Positions 51,198-62,467 of a DNA stretch of 64,000 nt are shown piece by piece. This DNA is from an uncultured Chthonomonadaceae bacterium (lineage in GTDB: Bacteria; Armatimonadota; Chthonomonadetes; Chthonomonadales; Chthonomonadaceae). Position 1 is the stretch's first letter. Each line of letters begins with the position of its first letter. Location: the NCBI GenBank assembly GCA_963817895.1, contig CAWFQB010000014.1, positions 713,680 through 777,679 on the forward strand, written 5' to 3'. A model generated the notes under the pieces. It was given only the letters and a program-made list of their open reading frames with translations, ran no database searches and was not told the DNA's origin. The position numbers and the translations under genes were made by a program.

Positions 51198-51251
51198 AGT
51201 AGCCCTCAACCCCTAACCCCTTCTCCCAAAAAAGCCTGGGAGAAGGGGAAC
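51198..51251. repeat. REP-like palindromic element, family A, copy 2
   Basis: Near-identical to 10177-10230. Confidence 0.85.
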
Positions 51252-51374
51252 AGTATCTTTGCACTTTTTGAAAAATGAGATAGAAAAGTAGTGTTGCCTG
51301 CCCGCTTGCTTGTGTCTCAAAAAGTGGAAAAGTGCAAAGATACTGGGGGAACTTATCAGAATAGGCTCTTAACA

Positions 51375-51971
51375 TTATGCGCTGTTGGCAATGGGCGCGT
51401 ACTCGTATTTCGGTTCCCATCCGTTCGCGCCGTCTTGCAGCAGATCGAACAGGGGCCAGACGGCGCAGAAGTCGTCGCCCGGGCCTAAAGGCGAGGAGGC
51501 AATGCGATAGATACGCCCGTCTTCGTCCCGGTGAAAAGCGGTTATGCCCGGATATGTGCCATACTCCGCGCTTGCAACCCCCATGTCGCTTACAAAGGTC
51601 GTGTTCGCGCAGGATACCATCGGGAACTTCCAGCCACGCGACGCGGCAAATTCCGCCTGCGTATGCGGGTCATTGGGCGACACGACGATGAAGGCGGCGC
51701 GATCATTCAGGTGCGGAAACAGGCCATTGAAGCCGTCCGCCCACAATGTGCAGTAGGAACAGCCTTTGCCCATGTTGTGAATGACAAGCAGGTCGGATTT
51801 GCCGCCGAACAGTTCGGACAGGCGGACGTTTGTTCCGTTCGGTCCGCCAAACGCATAGTCGGATTCGACCTCCTGACGCGGCTGACGGCGGCGGGCAGCG
51901 GTCAACTGCTGCTTCAATTGAAGCAACTGAGTTTCCAATTCTTGAACTTCCGGCGCGGTTTCGCAATTCAT
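51375..51971 (-). CDS. DUF899-family thioredoxin-like protein
   Basis: LSELFGGKSDL, CSYCTLWAD, WPLFDLL. Confidence 0.8.
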   Translation of the reverse strand: MNCETAPEVQELETQLLQLKQQLTAARRRQPRQEVESDYAFGGPNGTNVRLSELFGGKSDLLVIHNMGKGCSYCTLWADGFNGLFPHLNDRAAFIVVSPNDPHTQAEFAASRGWKFPMVSCANTTFVSDMGVASAEYGTYPGITAFHRDEDGRIYRIASSPLGPGDDFCAVWPLFDLLQDGANGWEPKYEYAPIANSA

Positions 51972-52157
51972 AGGGTTGTGCCTCCAGAGTGTAGAATGAG
52001 AGTGTGGAAATGGTATCCGCAGTATACCCGCCATTGTCAGGCCGAAGCTGCGCTTTTGGACTACTCCCGGCAGGCAGGCACAACCGGAAACAGGTTCGCG
52101 AAATTTCTGTAAAATCTCCCCGCCACCCCTGTGCTATAATGAGGGCAGAGAAAAATT

Positions 52158-52223
52158 GAGAGTGGAGAGTGAGAGTGAGAGTAAAGACAGATTTTCTTTC
52201 ACTATCCACTCTCACTCTTCACT
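52158..52223. repeat. Inverted pair of GAGAGT repeats in the hisG leader
   Basis: gagagtggagagtgagagtgagagt..actatccactctcactcttcact. Confidence 0.7.
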
Positions 52224-52227
52224 TTAG

Positions 52228-53121
52228 ATGGAGAACGCGAACATGGTTTCTAAATTAAAAATAGGTATTCCGAAAGGGAGTTTGCAGGAAGCGACGTTTG
52301 CTCTGTTCAAAAAAGCGGGGTTTGAATTTCATACCAGCAGCAGCCGGTCATACCACCCTACTGTAGATGACCCGGAACTGGAACCTATTCTGCTGCGCCC
52401 GCAGGAGATACCGCGCTATGTGGAACACGGAATTCTGGACGCGGGCTTGACCGGCAAGGACTGGATCGAGGACAATGGCTCACAGGTCGAGGAGATCGCG
52501 GAATTGACCTATTCCAAAGTGACGCGCACCCCCATTCGTATAGTGCTTGCCGTCCCCAATGACGCGCCCGTACAGTCGGCGCGGGACTTGCAGGGCAAGC
52601 GGATCGCAACCGAGTACGTGCGCCTGACCGAACGCTATCTGAAACAGCATGATGTAAGCGCCGATGTGGAATTTTCGTGGGGCGCGGACGAGGTAAAAGT
52701 TCCCGATCTGGTAGACGCCATTGTGGTCAATACGGAAACGGGAAGCAGCCTGCGCGCTCATAACCTGCGCATTGTGGATACCCTTCTCACGTCCACCCCG
52801 CGCCTGATTGCCAACAAAACCTCATGGCAAAACGAGTGGAAACGCGCCAAACTGGAAAACATGGCGATGCTGCTGACGGGCGCGCTCCATGCCGAAGAGC
52901 TTGTGGGCCTGAAAATGAACGTGCCAAAGCAGGAATTAGACAAAATAACCGCGCTGCTGCCCGCCCTGAAAAATCCTACCATTTCTCCGCTCTCCTCGCC
53001 GGAGTGGGTCGCGCTGGAAATCATCGTCGCCATCAACGCCGTGCGCGACTTATTGCCCAACCTCAAACGCGCCGGCGCGGAGGGAATCGTCGAATATCCG
53101 CTGAACAAGGTAGTCTACTAA
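52228..53121 (+). CDS. hisG: ATP phosphoribosyltransferase (long form)
   Basis: IPKGSL, RPQEIP, DAGLTGKD, ETGSSLRAHNL, C-terminal regulatory domain. Confidence 0.95.
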   Translation: MENANMVSKLKIGIPKGSLQEATFALFKKAGFEFHTSSSRSYHPTVDDPELEPILLRPQEIPRYVEHGILDAGLTGKDWIEDNGSQVEEIAELTYSKVTRTPIRIVLAVPNDAPVQSARDLQGKRIATEYVRLTERYLKQHDVSADVEFSWGADEVKVPDLVDAIVVNTETGSSLRAHNLRIVDTLLTSTPRLIANKTSWQNEWKRAKLENMAMLLTGALHAEELVGLKMNVPKQELDKITALLPALKNPTISPLSSPEWVALEIIVAINAVRDLLPNLKRAGAEGIVEYPLNKVVY

Positions 53122-53150
53122 ACGCAGTCTGCTGAGAGGAGTAACTTGCC

Positions 53151-53477
53151 ATGTCCGAACCTACCGTACAAACAATGGAAGAGCGCTTTCCGCATGTTAC
53201 GCAGGAGTATCTGGAAGAGATTGCCCGAATGGGAGAAGTGATCTACGAAAAGCTGAAGCCTAAACTGGAACCCGTTTATAACAACCACTTTATTACGATT
53301 CATGTGGACAATGAGGATTACGCTATCGGCAAGAACTCCTCAATGGCTACCCGCGCCATTCGCCAGCGCCAGCCGCTTGATGGGCGCCTCTACTGCCGCA
53401 AAATAGGCGATGAGCCGGACTACGGGTTGGCTGTAGGCTATATGCTTTCCGATAAGAGAAAGGCGCGACAAAAATGA
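53151..53477 (+). CDS. Small hypothetical protein (DUF5678-like), partner of the aspartic protease
   Basis: GEVIYE..FITIHVDNEDY..RKIG; 4-nt ATGA overlap with the next gene. Confidence 0.65.
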   Translation: MSEPTVQTMEERFPHVTQEYLEEIARMGEVIYEKLKPKLEPVYNNHFITIHVDNEDYAIGKNSSMATRAIRQRQPLDGRLYCRKIGDEPDYGLAVGYMLSDKRKARQK

Positions 53478-53836
53478 TGTTTGGTCATTTTCGCGATGGC
53501 TTTCCGCGCATCATGCTGACATTGCCGGGACATTCCGGGCCAATAAATATCGAGTTTATTTTGGATACAGCCTTCGATGGCGAGTTGGCTGTACCGGGTC
53601 ATGTGCTTACACAGTTACAGGTAGGTTTTCAGATGGATAAGCGATTTCGCTTTGCGGACGGCACGGAAGCCTACCAACCCACCTACGAAATACTGTTGGA
53701 ATGGGATGGACAGGCGCGTCTCACCGAAGTGATACAACTGGAAAATGCGCCGTTGTTAGGCGTACAGCTAATGAACGGCAAATTCCTGCAAGCGGAAATG
53801 ACGGACGGCGGCGAAGTGTCTCTCGACGATTTGTAA
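53474..53836 (+). CDS. Clan AA (retropepsin-like) aspartic protease
   Basis: FILDTAFDGEL, FADG, PLLG. Confidence 0.8.
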   Translation: MMFGHFRDGFPRIMLTLPGHSGPINIEFILDTAFDGELAVPGHVLTQLQVGFQMDKRFRFADGTEAYQPTYEILLEWDGQARLTEVIQLENAPLLGVQLMNGKFLQAEMTDGGEVSLDDL

Positions 53837-53928
53837 ACAATTTTCATAACGAAACGCGCGGACACTCCGTTTTCTCCTCTCCGTGTCCTCCGTGTTCTCC
53901 GTGGTTTATCCGGTTTTTGGAGGCTAAT

Positions 53929-54552
53929 GTGATTGCGCAATTAACGGGTCTGATTGCCCGCGTGGAAGGCAACAGCATCATTGTGGATGTAGGCGGCGTC
54001 GGGTATCAGGTGTTTGTACCCGCGACCGTGCTATCGTTGCTACCGGAAGTGGGCGCGAAAGCAACCCTTGTCACGCATCTAATCGTGCGAGAAGACGAAA
54101 TGACGCTGTACGGTTTCAGCGCACAGACGGAATTGCAGGCGTTTCGGATACTGCTCGGCGTATCGGGCGTCGGCCCGAAAGTTGCCCTTGCCCTGCTGTC
54201 CACGCTGGATGTCGGAGAATTGTCGCGCGCCCTGTCCACGTCCGATACCCGCGTGATTACCAAAGTGCCGGGGGTTGGGCCGAAACTGGCGCAGCGCATG
54301 TGCCTTGAGTTGGGCGACAAGATGAGCGCGTTCGCGTTTGAAGACAAGGTTAAGCGGGCGGAAGGCAATTCGCAAACGGCGGAAGAGAACCAGGCGTATG
54401 AGGATGCTATCGAGGGTCTGGTCGCGCTCGGATGGAGCCGTCCCGACGCCAAAAAAGCCGTGCAGCGCGTGTTCGACAAGGCTGCCGACCGCGCCAACGT
54501 CGGAGCCATCGTCAGCGCGGCCTTGCGCCTGCTGACGGGAGGAGGGAATTAA
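53929..54552 (+). CDS. ruvA: Holliday junction branch migration protein RuvA
   Basis: GTG start; DVGGVGY, VREDEMTLYGF, VSGVGPKVAL, VPGVGPKLAQR. Confidence 0.95.
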   Translation: MIAQLTGLIARVEGNSIIVDVGGVGYQVFVPATVLSLLPEVGAKATLVTHLIVREDEMTLYGFSAQTELQAFRILLGVSGVGPKVALALLSTLDVGELSRALSTSDTRVITKVPGVGPKLAQRMCLELGDKMSAFAFEDKVKRAEGNSQTAEENQAYEDAIEGLVALGWSRPDAKKAVQRVFDKAADRANVGAIVSAALRLLTGGGN

Positions 54553-54601
54553 CCACCCGCTGCGCTAGAGACACAGAGAGGGAACACAAAGAGAAGATGT
54601 T

Positions 54602-55138
54602 TCAAATTATACACGTACAGCCGCACAGCAGGTTTATTTCAATGGGCGACTCGTCTTCCGTTCGTTCGCTTCCGCGCACATGGGTCACGCGATTCGTATA
54701 GGGATCGAACACAATTACATCTTTCACGCCCTGCGCTACGTAAAAGGGAATGCTGATGAGCATGTCTTTGGCTTCGTAGCCCTGGCTGATAATCTCGATA
54801 ACGGCTTCGGGCAACAACTTGACCGAGGTGCGCCGCTCATCCGGCACACGGCAGAAGATACTGATGTCGGGCCGCTTTTGGGAGCCGTCGGGAAAGCGAA
54901 TGTCTACATCCGCCACCTGTACACACCCACATCCGCCATCTATGCTTGTTCCCGATGAGCGGTGAATAGAATTTTGGATGCGAAAAATGGTTTGTTGATG
55001 TTCAAAAACGGGGAGCGCTTCCCATACGGGTATGCCGCCCACCATTTCCAATTTAATGCCGATGCTTTCTGCCGCATATTGTAGTTCTTCGCTGATTTCC
55101 ATGCCGCGTCCCTTGTTGTCATCTGTCAAAGTCACCAT
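54602..55138 (-). CDS. Uma2-family endonuclease
   Basis: KRPDISIF, PEAVIEIIS, Y..GV..VIVFDP. Confidence 0.85.
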   Translation of the reverse strand: MVTLTDDNKGRGMEISEELQYAAESIGIKLEMVGGIPVWEALPVFEHQQTIFRIQNSIHRSSGTSIDGGCGCVQVADVDIRFPDGSQKRPDISIFCRVPDERRTSVKLLPEAVIEIISQGYEAKDMLISIPFYVAQGVKDVIVFDPYTNRVTHVRGSERTEDESPIEINLLCGCTCII

Positions 55139-55155
55139 AAGGAACGATACGCTAA

Positions 55156-55932
55156 CTACGGCGTAGCGCCACTGTTGAAGTAACCATTCACGCCACGAAT
55201 GCCAGGAGCGCCCTCCATAAAGCCGTTGAGCAACTGCCCGTCTGCTGTCATGGTGGATGTGTAGTGGCCTCTGCACAGGTTTATGCCCGGGACGGCATTG
55301 GTCTGAAAAATATCCGTACCTGTCACGTCCAGTTGCCCGGTCGCGGGATCATACGAGCCGCTGACCTGTTCCGAACCGATGTAATTGCTGCCAGTATTCC
55401 AGTCGTAATGCGCCTGCACGAACTCGCGGCCATCACCCAGAGGTATCTCCCGGTCAACGGTAAAGCGGGTTCCCTTCCAGTTCATGCCGCTGAAATCTAT
55501 GGAATTCGGCCCTATAGTATAGGAGTGGCCCGCAAGCCCATTGGCAGGCATAGGACTCCAGCTTACCGGCAAAGCAGCAGGAGAGGTTATCACAGGCGCG
55601 GGGTGAACAATCGGCCCCAGAAAGGCGCCCATGCCCAGCGTGACGGCGCACAAAAGCAGCGCGTCCAATCCATAGGGGCGGGTTTTGCGGGTTTGTTTTG
55701 CGGTTGTTGTGGAAGTTTGGCGTTGCCGGGTTTCTTCCTCCTGCCGCAACGCTCTTGCCGCCGATTGGCGCATCCGCTTTTCCCGTTCCAGTGTGTCCTG
55801 CGCCATCGCGCGTCCGGCTTCGCGTTCTACTTCCAGCTGCCGCTCGATCTCTTCGCGCAGCAACCGGTGATCTTCCAGCGAACCGATTTCCGGCTGCAAT
55901 TCTGTTGATGGGTGCATGTTCAGTTCCGTCAT
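55156..55932 (-). CDS. Hypothetical membrane-anchored protein
   Basis: Coiled coil, one TM, beta-rich C domain. Confidence 0.6.
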   Translation of the reverse strand: MTELNMHPSTELQPEIGSLEDHRLLREEIERQLEVEREAGRAMAQDTLEREKRMRQSAARALRQEEETRQRQTSTTTAKQTRKTRPYGLDALLLCAVTLGMGAFLGPIVHPAPVITSPAALPVSWSPMPANGLAGHSYTIGPNSIDFSGMNWKGTRFTVDREIPLGDGREFVQAHYDWNTGSNYIGSEQVSGSYDPATGQLDVTGTDIFQTNAVPGINLCRGHYTSTMTADGQLLNGFMEGAPGIRGVNGYFNSGATP

Positions 55933-56258
55933 TATGCTTTGTCCTCCCTTTTCAACGCGCCCGAACAACAGTTCCGGGCCATGTATCGGGTAAAATCGCC
56001 GCTGAAAAGGGTTCTTTCTCGTGTTGCCTGATGATTAGACGACCCAACTCTATTCTATTCTCTCTATAGGATACCGATTTAAACAAATTTTTGTTTCTGA
56101 ATGTTCCCCATTTTTAGCCGTATCTTAGTATCGGCGTTCATAGCATTGTCTTGAACCATGATTTTTCATGATTGAGATGATTACCACGATGAAGACTGGT
56201 TTAGCGGTGTTCGTCTGCCTGACGTAACGTGTGATATGTTTTGCAAGGAAAATTGTCA

Positions 56259-58978
56259 ATGAGGAATTTTTCTCTATATCTGCGCTCAATTTGCGGTTTG
56301 CTGCTCCTCCTTCTGCCCTCTTTTCTGGTTGCGCAACAGCGTCCCGGCGAACTGCTGCGCAACGGCGCGTTCGAGGGCGGCGGAGGTTCGGATGGCAGGG
56401 GTGGCGGCGCGCCGGAATGGGAACCGTTTGGCGTCGGCTATGACGTTGACCGGCAAACCCACCATGAGGGCGACCAGTCCATCCGCTGTGACAGCCTCAA
56501 TGCCAATCGCGAACGCGGCGCGCAGATTAAAATCGAACTGAACCAGAAGCGCGCGGTTCCCATTGCGGTATCCGGCTGGAGCAAAGCGGAACAGGCGCGC
56601 GGCCTGAATGTCAACGATTACGCTATTTACATTGACGCCGTATACATGGACGGCACTCCGTTGTGGGGACAAATCGCCGCATTTCGCCCGGAAACCCACG
56701 ACTGGCAGCGGCGACAGGTACTTGTGGTTCCCGCGAAACCGCTCAAATCAATGACGGTAATCGCGCTGTTTCGCAATCATTCCGGCACGGTATGGTTCGA
56801 TGATTTTTCGGCTCACGCGCTGCAAGGCAACGGCATTTTCGACGGACAGCCGCTTACGCTCCCTTCTATAACGCCTGCAAACGGCCCTCAGTTGCGCGTT
56901 AGTGGTAAGGATGGGTTGGCTTTAGATATTGATTCCAGAGGCGGCTTTTCGTCCCTGCGCCTGAACGGGCAGGCGGCAGGCGGGACAGGCGGATTTTATA
57001 TACGCGATGTGGCGAAGGATGGGCCGCTCGTGCCGATACGCGGCGTTGCCGTTCCCCGCAAAGCGGGCGGCGTCAATCTGGGCCAGAATGTGCCGAATGT
57101 CCGCGTCAGTTTCAACGCCCGCGTATCTGCCGAGGGTGACGCTATCGGCGTAGATGGCGAACTGACCGACCTGACCAAAATGGATCGCGCCATTTCCGTC
57201 TATCTCGCGCTTCCCGTCAATGCGCTCGGCTGGCAGTGGGGACACGACATTCGCCATTCGCAAACCATTGAAAGCAGTGGCGAGTACGCGCATCTTACCC
57301 ATGTCAATGTCGGCGCGACGGGCGGGCTGTCCCTGTATCCTTACGGCTGCATTGCCGGGGCGCAGGGCGGAGTGGGAATCGCAAGTCAGATGGATTGGCC
57401 GAGCGTGTTCCGCATTTTCTACAATGCCCCGACAAAACAGTTCGTGATCGCGTGGGATGTCGCTTTGACCCGCAAAACCGCCAACTGGCCCGCCGGCAAC
57501 GCCCGTTTCCGCTGTACCCTGTTCCGCCTGCCTGCCGGTAATACCGAAGAGTGTTTCCGTGTCGCCACGCAGCGCTTTTACGCCCTCAATGCCCGCGCCT
57601 TTGCCCGCCGCGCCAAACCGGACGGGCTGTGGCTGCCCTTCACCGACCCGAAGACCATTCAAAACGCGGCGGATTTCGGCTTTGCCTACCACGAGGGCGA
57701 CAACAGCGTGAAAACCGACGACGCGCTCGGCCTGCTCAGTTTCCACTACTCCGAACCCATGACCTACTGGCTGCCCATGCCCCCCACCCTGCCACGCACG
57801 TATGACAATGCGCTGGCATTGATACTAGAGCAGGCGGCAGGGGAAGAAAAGGAGAAAAGGAGAAAAGGAGAAAAGGAGAAAGCAGGTAAGGATTCATCCT
57901 TCCTCCTTCCTCCTTCCTCCTTTGATTTCGCGCAGGCTGTACTGAATAGTGGTTCGCAGGATGCCAACGGGCGTTTCAATCTGGAGTTTCAGAATCAGCC
58001 CTGGGCGAACGGCGCGGTGTTTACCCTGAACCCCAACCCGGAATTGCCCGCCACTGCCGACAAGCCGACCAAAGCGTTCCTCACCTACACGCTCAATAAA
58101 GCCATTGAAACCTACGATAATCCGGCCCGCAATAAAGAGCGGGGCGAACTGGACGGCGAGTATCTGGACTCGCTCGAAGGCTGGGCCGATACGCTGGATT
58201 ATCGCCCGCTAAGTATCGGTTCCTCACCCTATCCCATTCCGTATGATACAGACGACCGGCAACCCGTCGTGCCGCAATGGTACTCCACGCACACGTTCGC
58301 GCAGTTCGTGTCGCAGGACTTGCACAACCGCAACAAACTGCTGATGGCGAATACCGTTCCCGTCCGCTTCGCCATTTTCGCGCCCCTGCTCGACATCATG
58401 GGCATCGAAGTGAACTGGCTGACGAGCGATGGCAAATGGCAGCCCGACAACGACGAAATCTTCAACTTCCGCCGAACGATGAGCAGGCAAAAGCCCTATC
58501 TGCTGCTGATGAACACGGATTACAGCCGTCTCACGCCGCCCCTTGTGGAAAAATACTTTCAGCGCAGTCTGTTCTACGGCGTGTTTCCGAGCATGTTCAG
58601 CGCGGACGCCGCCACGCATCCCTATTGGGAAACGCCCGACTGGTATAACCGCGACCGCCCGTTATTCAAAAAGTACATACCGATTATCAAGAAATTGTCC
58701 GCAGCCGGTTGGGAAGTGTTGCCGCGCGCCACACCTCTGCCCCGAACGTCTACGTAGAACGCTACGGACAACGCCTGTTCACCCTGTTCAACGACAGCGA
58801 TAGGCCCAAAGAAACTACGCTCACCATCAACGCGCGCGCCCTGAATCTGCCTGCGACAACTCTGACCGCTTCTAACCTGTTGACCAACGCGCAGCCCGGC
58901 CTTAAGCGTTCCGCCAATGAGGTTAGAATAACGCTGAAACTACAGCCGGAAGAAGCCGCTGTGATTGAACTAAAGTAG
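56259..58978 (+). CDS. Large secreted protein with CBM4/9-like N domain, putative glycoside hydrolase (frameshift near 58735)
   Basis: LLRNGAFE..GTVWFDDF; DGEYLDS; signal peptide; low-complexity insert at 57838-57923. Confidence 0.65.
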
Positions 58979-59227
58979 AAGGGAGAGGAGCTGGGAACCG
59001 CGAAACACCCGAAGCAAACGAGAAGAGTACCTAACAATAGAGCAGAGCAAACGGCAAAAAAGAAGAAGGCTCCCGCTCCCACAAAGACGCCTAGTACGCC
59101 GTCCAGTACGTCGAGCGCATCCTCGCCCCTCTTCGCCCTCTACCAACAACACGGAGAATGGCTATCGAGGATAGGAAAGACACTTGAGCAATAGATGCCG
59201 TTGACATCATAAGAATATACTTGCGCG

Positions 59228-59236
59228 TGGTATAAT
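59228..59236 (+). promoter_or_regulatory. Extended -10 promoter for the PIN-like gene
   Basis: TGGTATAAT. Confidence 0.45.
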
Positions 59237-59319
59237 TTGAAACCCCGTCAAAATTCTTGTTTTATACGCGTACTGCCTAGATCAAGCATCACTTTCACGC
59301 CCGACGTTGGAGAAGTAAC

Positions 59320-60777
59320 ATGAGCCTGCGCGACCGCTTCCAAGAATACTATCGTCCTACCCCCGACCAATTCAAGCAATTCTGGTCCGAAGGCTTGTTC
59401 ATCCCCGATGCCAATGTCCTTCTGGATATGTACCGCCTAAAGCAAACCGCCAGCCGTGACATGCTGAACATCTTCAAGGCGCTCGGAGATCGTTTTTGGG
59501 TCCCGGACCGTGCTGGCATGGAATACAGCCGCAGACGCAATACAGCCATCAAAGACGAACAAAAAAGGTTCGATGCAGTTCTCAGCAAAATAGATACATT
59601 TCAAAAAGATTTTAGCGATGGCGTAAACCACTGCTACTTTGAGAAAGATACCACTGAACTTTTGAACAAAGTGGAAGAATTCAGCAAGGAGTTGCGTTCT
59701 GATCTGGAAGTTCGGCGGCAGAAGTATCCTAACCTTCTGGAGTTTGATACCCTCTTTGAAGAACTCAACGCGATTATTGGGGACAATATAAGTGCGCCTT
59801 TTGATGAGAACCGCATGGCTCAGATCAGAACCGAGGGCGACAAAAGATATGCAGATCAAACGCCTCCCGGTTATAAGGATGAGAAAAAAACGGGCGATGA
59901 CAAATACGGTGACTACATCATTTGGGAACAAATTATCGAAAAAGCCTCAGAATGGAAGAAACCAATTATCTTCATCACGCGAGATACAAAAGAGGATTGG
60001 TATATCCAAGAGGAAGGACGTACTATTGGCCCACGCACTGAACTAATCAAAGAGATGAGAGTACGGGCGAACGTCGCATACTATCAATACCGTACAGCGC
60101 AGTTCATTGAACACGGCGCAAAGTTTTTCGGACAGGAACTGCAACCAGACACGCTGAAAGAAGTTCGTGATGTTGCAGCCGATGCGACCGATTTTCTTCA
60201 AATCCATCAACATCTTGCCGACCACTTGCCATGGTTTACAAGTCATACAAGATATTCACTAGCGGATGCCGTCGTTTCAAACGACGAGTCAATACTAGCT
60301 TTTTTGAAGCAGTATGCTTTGTTACCAACCGACACTCTCCCTAAAGAAACTCTCCTGCAATTGACAGATTTGTATCTGAAAGAAAGATTTCCTTATCATA
60401 AACGCGAGTGGATCGCGGAGGCTACACGCGCATCTGTAGGAAGCATGATAGGTCCCAGGCTAGATGATGCAGAAGGGTATTTACTCCGTAAATATTTGTC
60501 AGTTTACACGCCAGACAGACAAAAATTTGAAGTTTCTGACGATAGTGATATAACTGACTCATTCAGTAGATTTGATATTCAAGCCACATGTAGTAATGAA
60601 GTTGCGATGCGTTTGGTCAAATACATTGAATTTTTGCCAGGTGTAGTGTTTGTGAACGAACTCAGACAATTACCAGGCAGTAAATACGACATTGGAATTG
60701 TGTGTACAAGCAAAGATGTAGCAGCCAGGGTAAAAGAGAAATTGAAAATCTTCCCCTACGTAAACATCATTGAATGA
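59320..60777 (+). CDS. PIN-like domain protein (DUF4935-type)
   Basis: PDANVLLDMY, PPGYKD..K.GDYIIWEQII, FITRDTKEDW. Confidence 0.82.
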   Translation: MSLRDRFQEYYRPTPDQFKQFWSEGLFIPDANVLLDMYRLKQTASRDMLNIFKALGDRFWVPDRAGMEYSRRRNTAIKDEQKRFDAVLSKIDTFQKDFSDGVNHCYFEKDTTELLNKVEEFSKELRSDLEVRRQKYPNLLEFDTLFEELNAIIGDNISAPFDENRMAQIRTEGDKRYADQTPPGYKDEKKTGDDKYGDYIIWEQIIEKASEWKKPIIFITRDTKEDWYIQEEGRTIGPRTELIKEMRVRANVAYYQYRTAQFIEHGAKFFGQELQPDTLKEVRDVAADATDFLQIHQHLADHLPWFTSHTRYSLADAVVSNDESILAFLKQYALLPTDTLPKETLLQLTDLYLKERFPYHKREWIAEATRASVGSMIGPRLDDAEGYLLRKYLSVYTPDRQKFEVSDDSDITDSFSRFDIQATCSNEVAMRLVKYIEFLPGVVFVNELRQLPGSKYDIGIVCTSKDVAARVKEKLKIFPYVNIIE

Positions 60778-60982
60778 GGCTTTCAATCGCCAACAGTAAT
60801 GAGGTTGAAGCCTCAAAACACGATCATGTACAGGCATGAGCTTCCTGCCCTCAGTCACGCCAGCGCCAATCTAGTCACCCGTTTCCTGCGCGACTACCAG
60901 CAACACCCCCATCCATCAAGCTGCCGCCCCGTCACCAAAGATAAACTACCCGAAGCATAAAACTTACGAGTGGAGTACGAAA

Positions 60983-62320
60983 TTGATTTATGAAACTGAC
61001 CAACGGTTGAAGAGCTATCTTGATACAAACCAACTGAGGCGCGAACAGATGTGTCTTGCTATAATCGCCATTGACAAACGATTCTCTGATGTACGTCCCA
61101 GACATCCACGTGGTGGACAAGATAAGGGGCGTGACATTGAAGCACGTTTCAATCGTGATTTACAGGCATTCGGCGCTGTCGGTTTTATGAATCAGGCGAA
61201 CGATTCGAGGGAGCAAAAAAATAGTATCCGTAAAAAATTTGCGGACGACGTTAAAAACGCGTTGAGCGATACAATCAAGCCAGACACTTTTTTCTTCCTC
61301 ACAAACATTAATCTCACCATTTCCGAGAAAGATAGATTAGTTGTTCACGCAAAGTCTGCCGGCTTCGTATACTGCGAAATAATGGACAGAGAACGTCTTC
61401 GCATTGTTCTTGACAGCCCTGATGGATTTGCAATCCGGTATCAATATTTAGACATACCTATGTCTGTAGAAGAGCAGGCCAGCTTCTTTGCAAGGTGGGG
61501 AGACGATATTCAGTCTGTCATATCAACTGGATTTGAAAGGCTGAACACAACTCTTGATCGTCTTATGTTCTTGCAGGAGGCTTCCGATGTCATGTCTTAT
61601 TTGATGTTTATGTTTGAACTAGATCGCATGTATACTGCGGATGAGATTGGGCATTTCCGCGCTTTTTGTTCCATGTTCTTGAAGGAGCCAAAACACAACA
61701 TATTACAAATTTTGTTTGGTGCATCAGACAGGTCACATCGTATGAGAACAGATCGAGAGGTGCATTTTACATCTCAGCAGTCAGGCATCAATTACGGTAT
61801 CAGTAGTGGACGATGGGAACAATATTTTTCCATTGACAATTCAAACGAAGAAACGAAGGTTGATGTCAGCCAAGACGAAATCTTAAAATTCAAGCAGGTA
61901 GGAGGATCATCTTCTATTGGAATGGAGAGTACCAGGGCTATAAGCATTGAGTACATCCATGACAGCAATTTCATCAGATTTTACCCTCGCATGATGCTTC
62001 GTGATATTGACCAGTCGAACTTCCTAATTTATCTAAACAAATCTTTATCTGATAAAGTTACACGCATCCATATCTATGCAAATGGATACAAAATTCAGGA
62101 AATTCCTTCGACAGAGTTTTGGATTGATACGGAACCGCTCTCCATGGAGATTCCAGCCCCGTTTACTGACGATGAACTAGCAGATGTATGGGTACGCCTC
62201 AGACCGGAAATAGCCTCCGCATTTAGGATTTCATTTGCGGAGCAAACGCCGAGAAGAATGTATGCTCCACGTCAAACACCCGACAATATACATGGAAAGA
62301 GCCAAGTCGATCAGCCGTAA
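60983..62320 (+). CDS. Hypothetical protein with N-terminal restriction-endonuclease-like (PD-(D/E)xK) domain
   Basis: REQMC..PRGGQDKGRDIEA..FFLTN..IMDRERL; AT-rich; TTG start. Confidence 0.65.
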   Translation: MIYETDQRLKSYLDTNQLRREQMCLAIIAIDKRFSDVRPRHPRGGQDKGRDIEARFNRDLQAFGAVGFMNQANDSREQKNSIRKKFADDVKNALSDTIKPDTFFFLTNINLTISEKDRLVVHAKSAGFVYCEIMDRERLRIVLDSPDGFAIRYQYLDIPMSVEEQASFFARWGDDIQSVISTGFERLNTTLDRLMFLQEASDVMSYLMFMFELDRMYTADEIGHFRAFCSMFLKEPKHNILQILFGASDRSHRMRTDREVHFTSQQSGINYGISSGRWEQYFSIDNSNEETKVDVSQDEILKFKQVGGSSSIGMESTRAISIEYIHDSNFIRFYPRMMLRDIDQSNFLIYLNKSLSDKVTRIHIYANGYKIQEIPSTEFWIDTEPLSMEIPAPFTDDELADVWVRLRPEIASAFRISFAEQTPRRMYAPRQTPDNIHGKSQVDQP

Positions 62321-62467
62321 ACATACGAACTACAGAGAACACAGAAGAAATGGATGCACACGGATAATTACTCCATCCTGAAAAACCCGGTCAATCCTGT
62401 CTGTTTGCTGTTGTATTTTTCGTTTGTTTTGTGTATTTTGCGGTTCCCACTCTCCTCTTCTCCTTTT

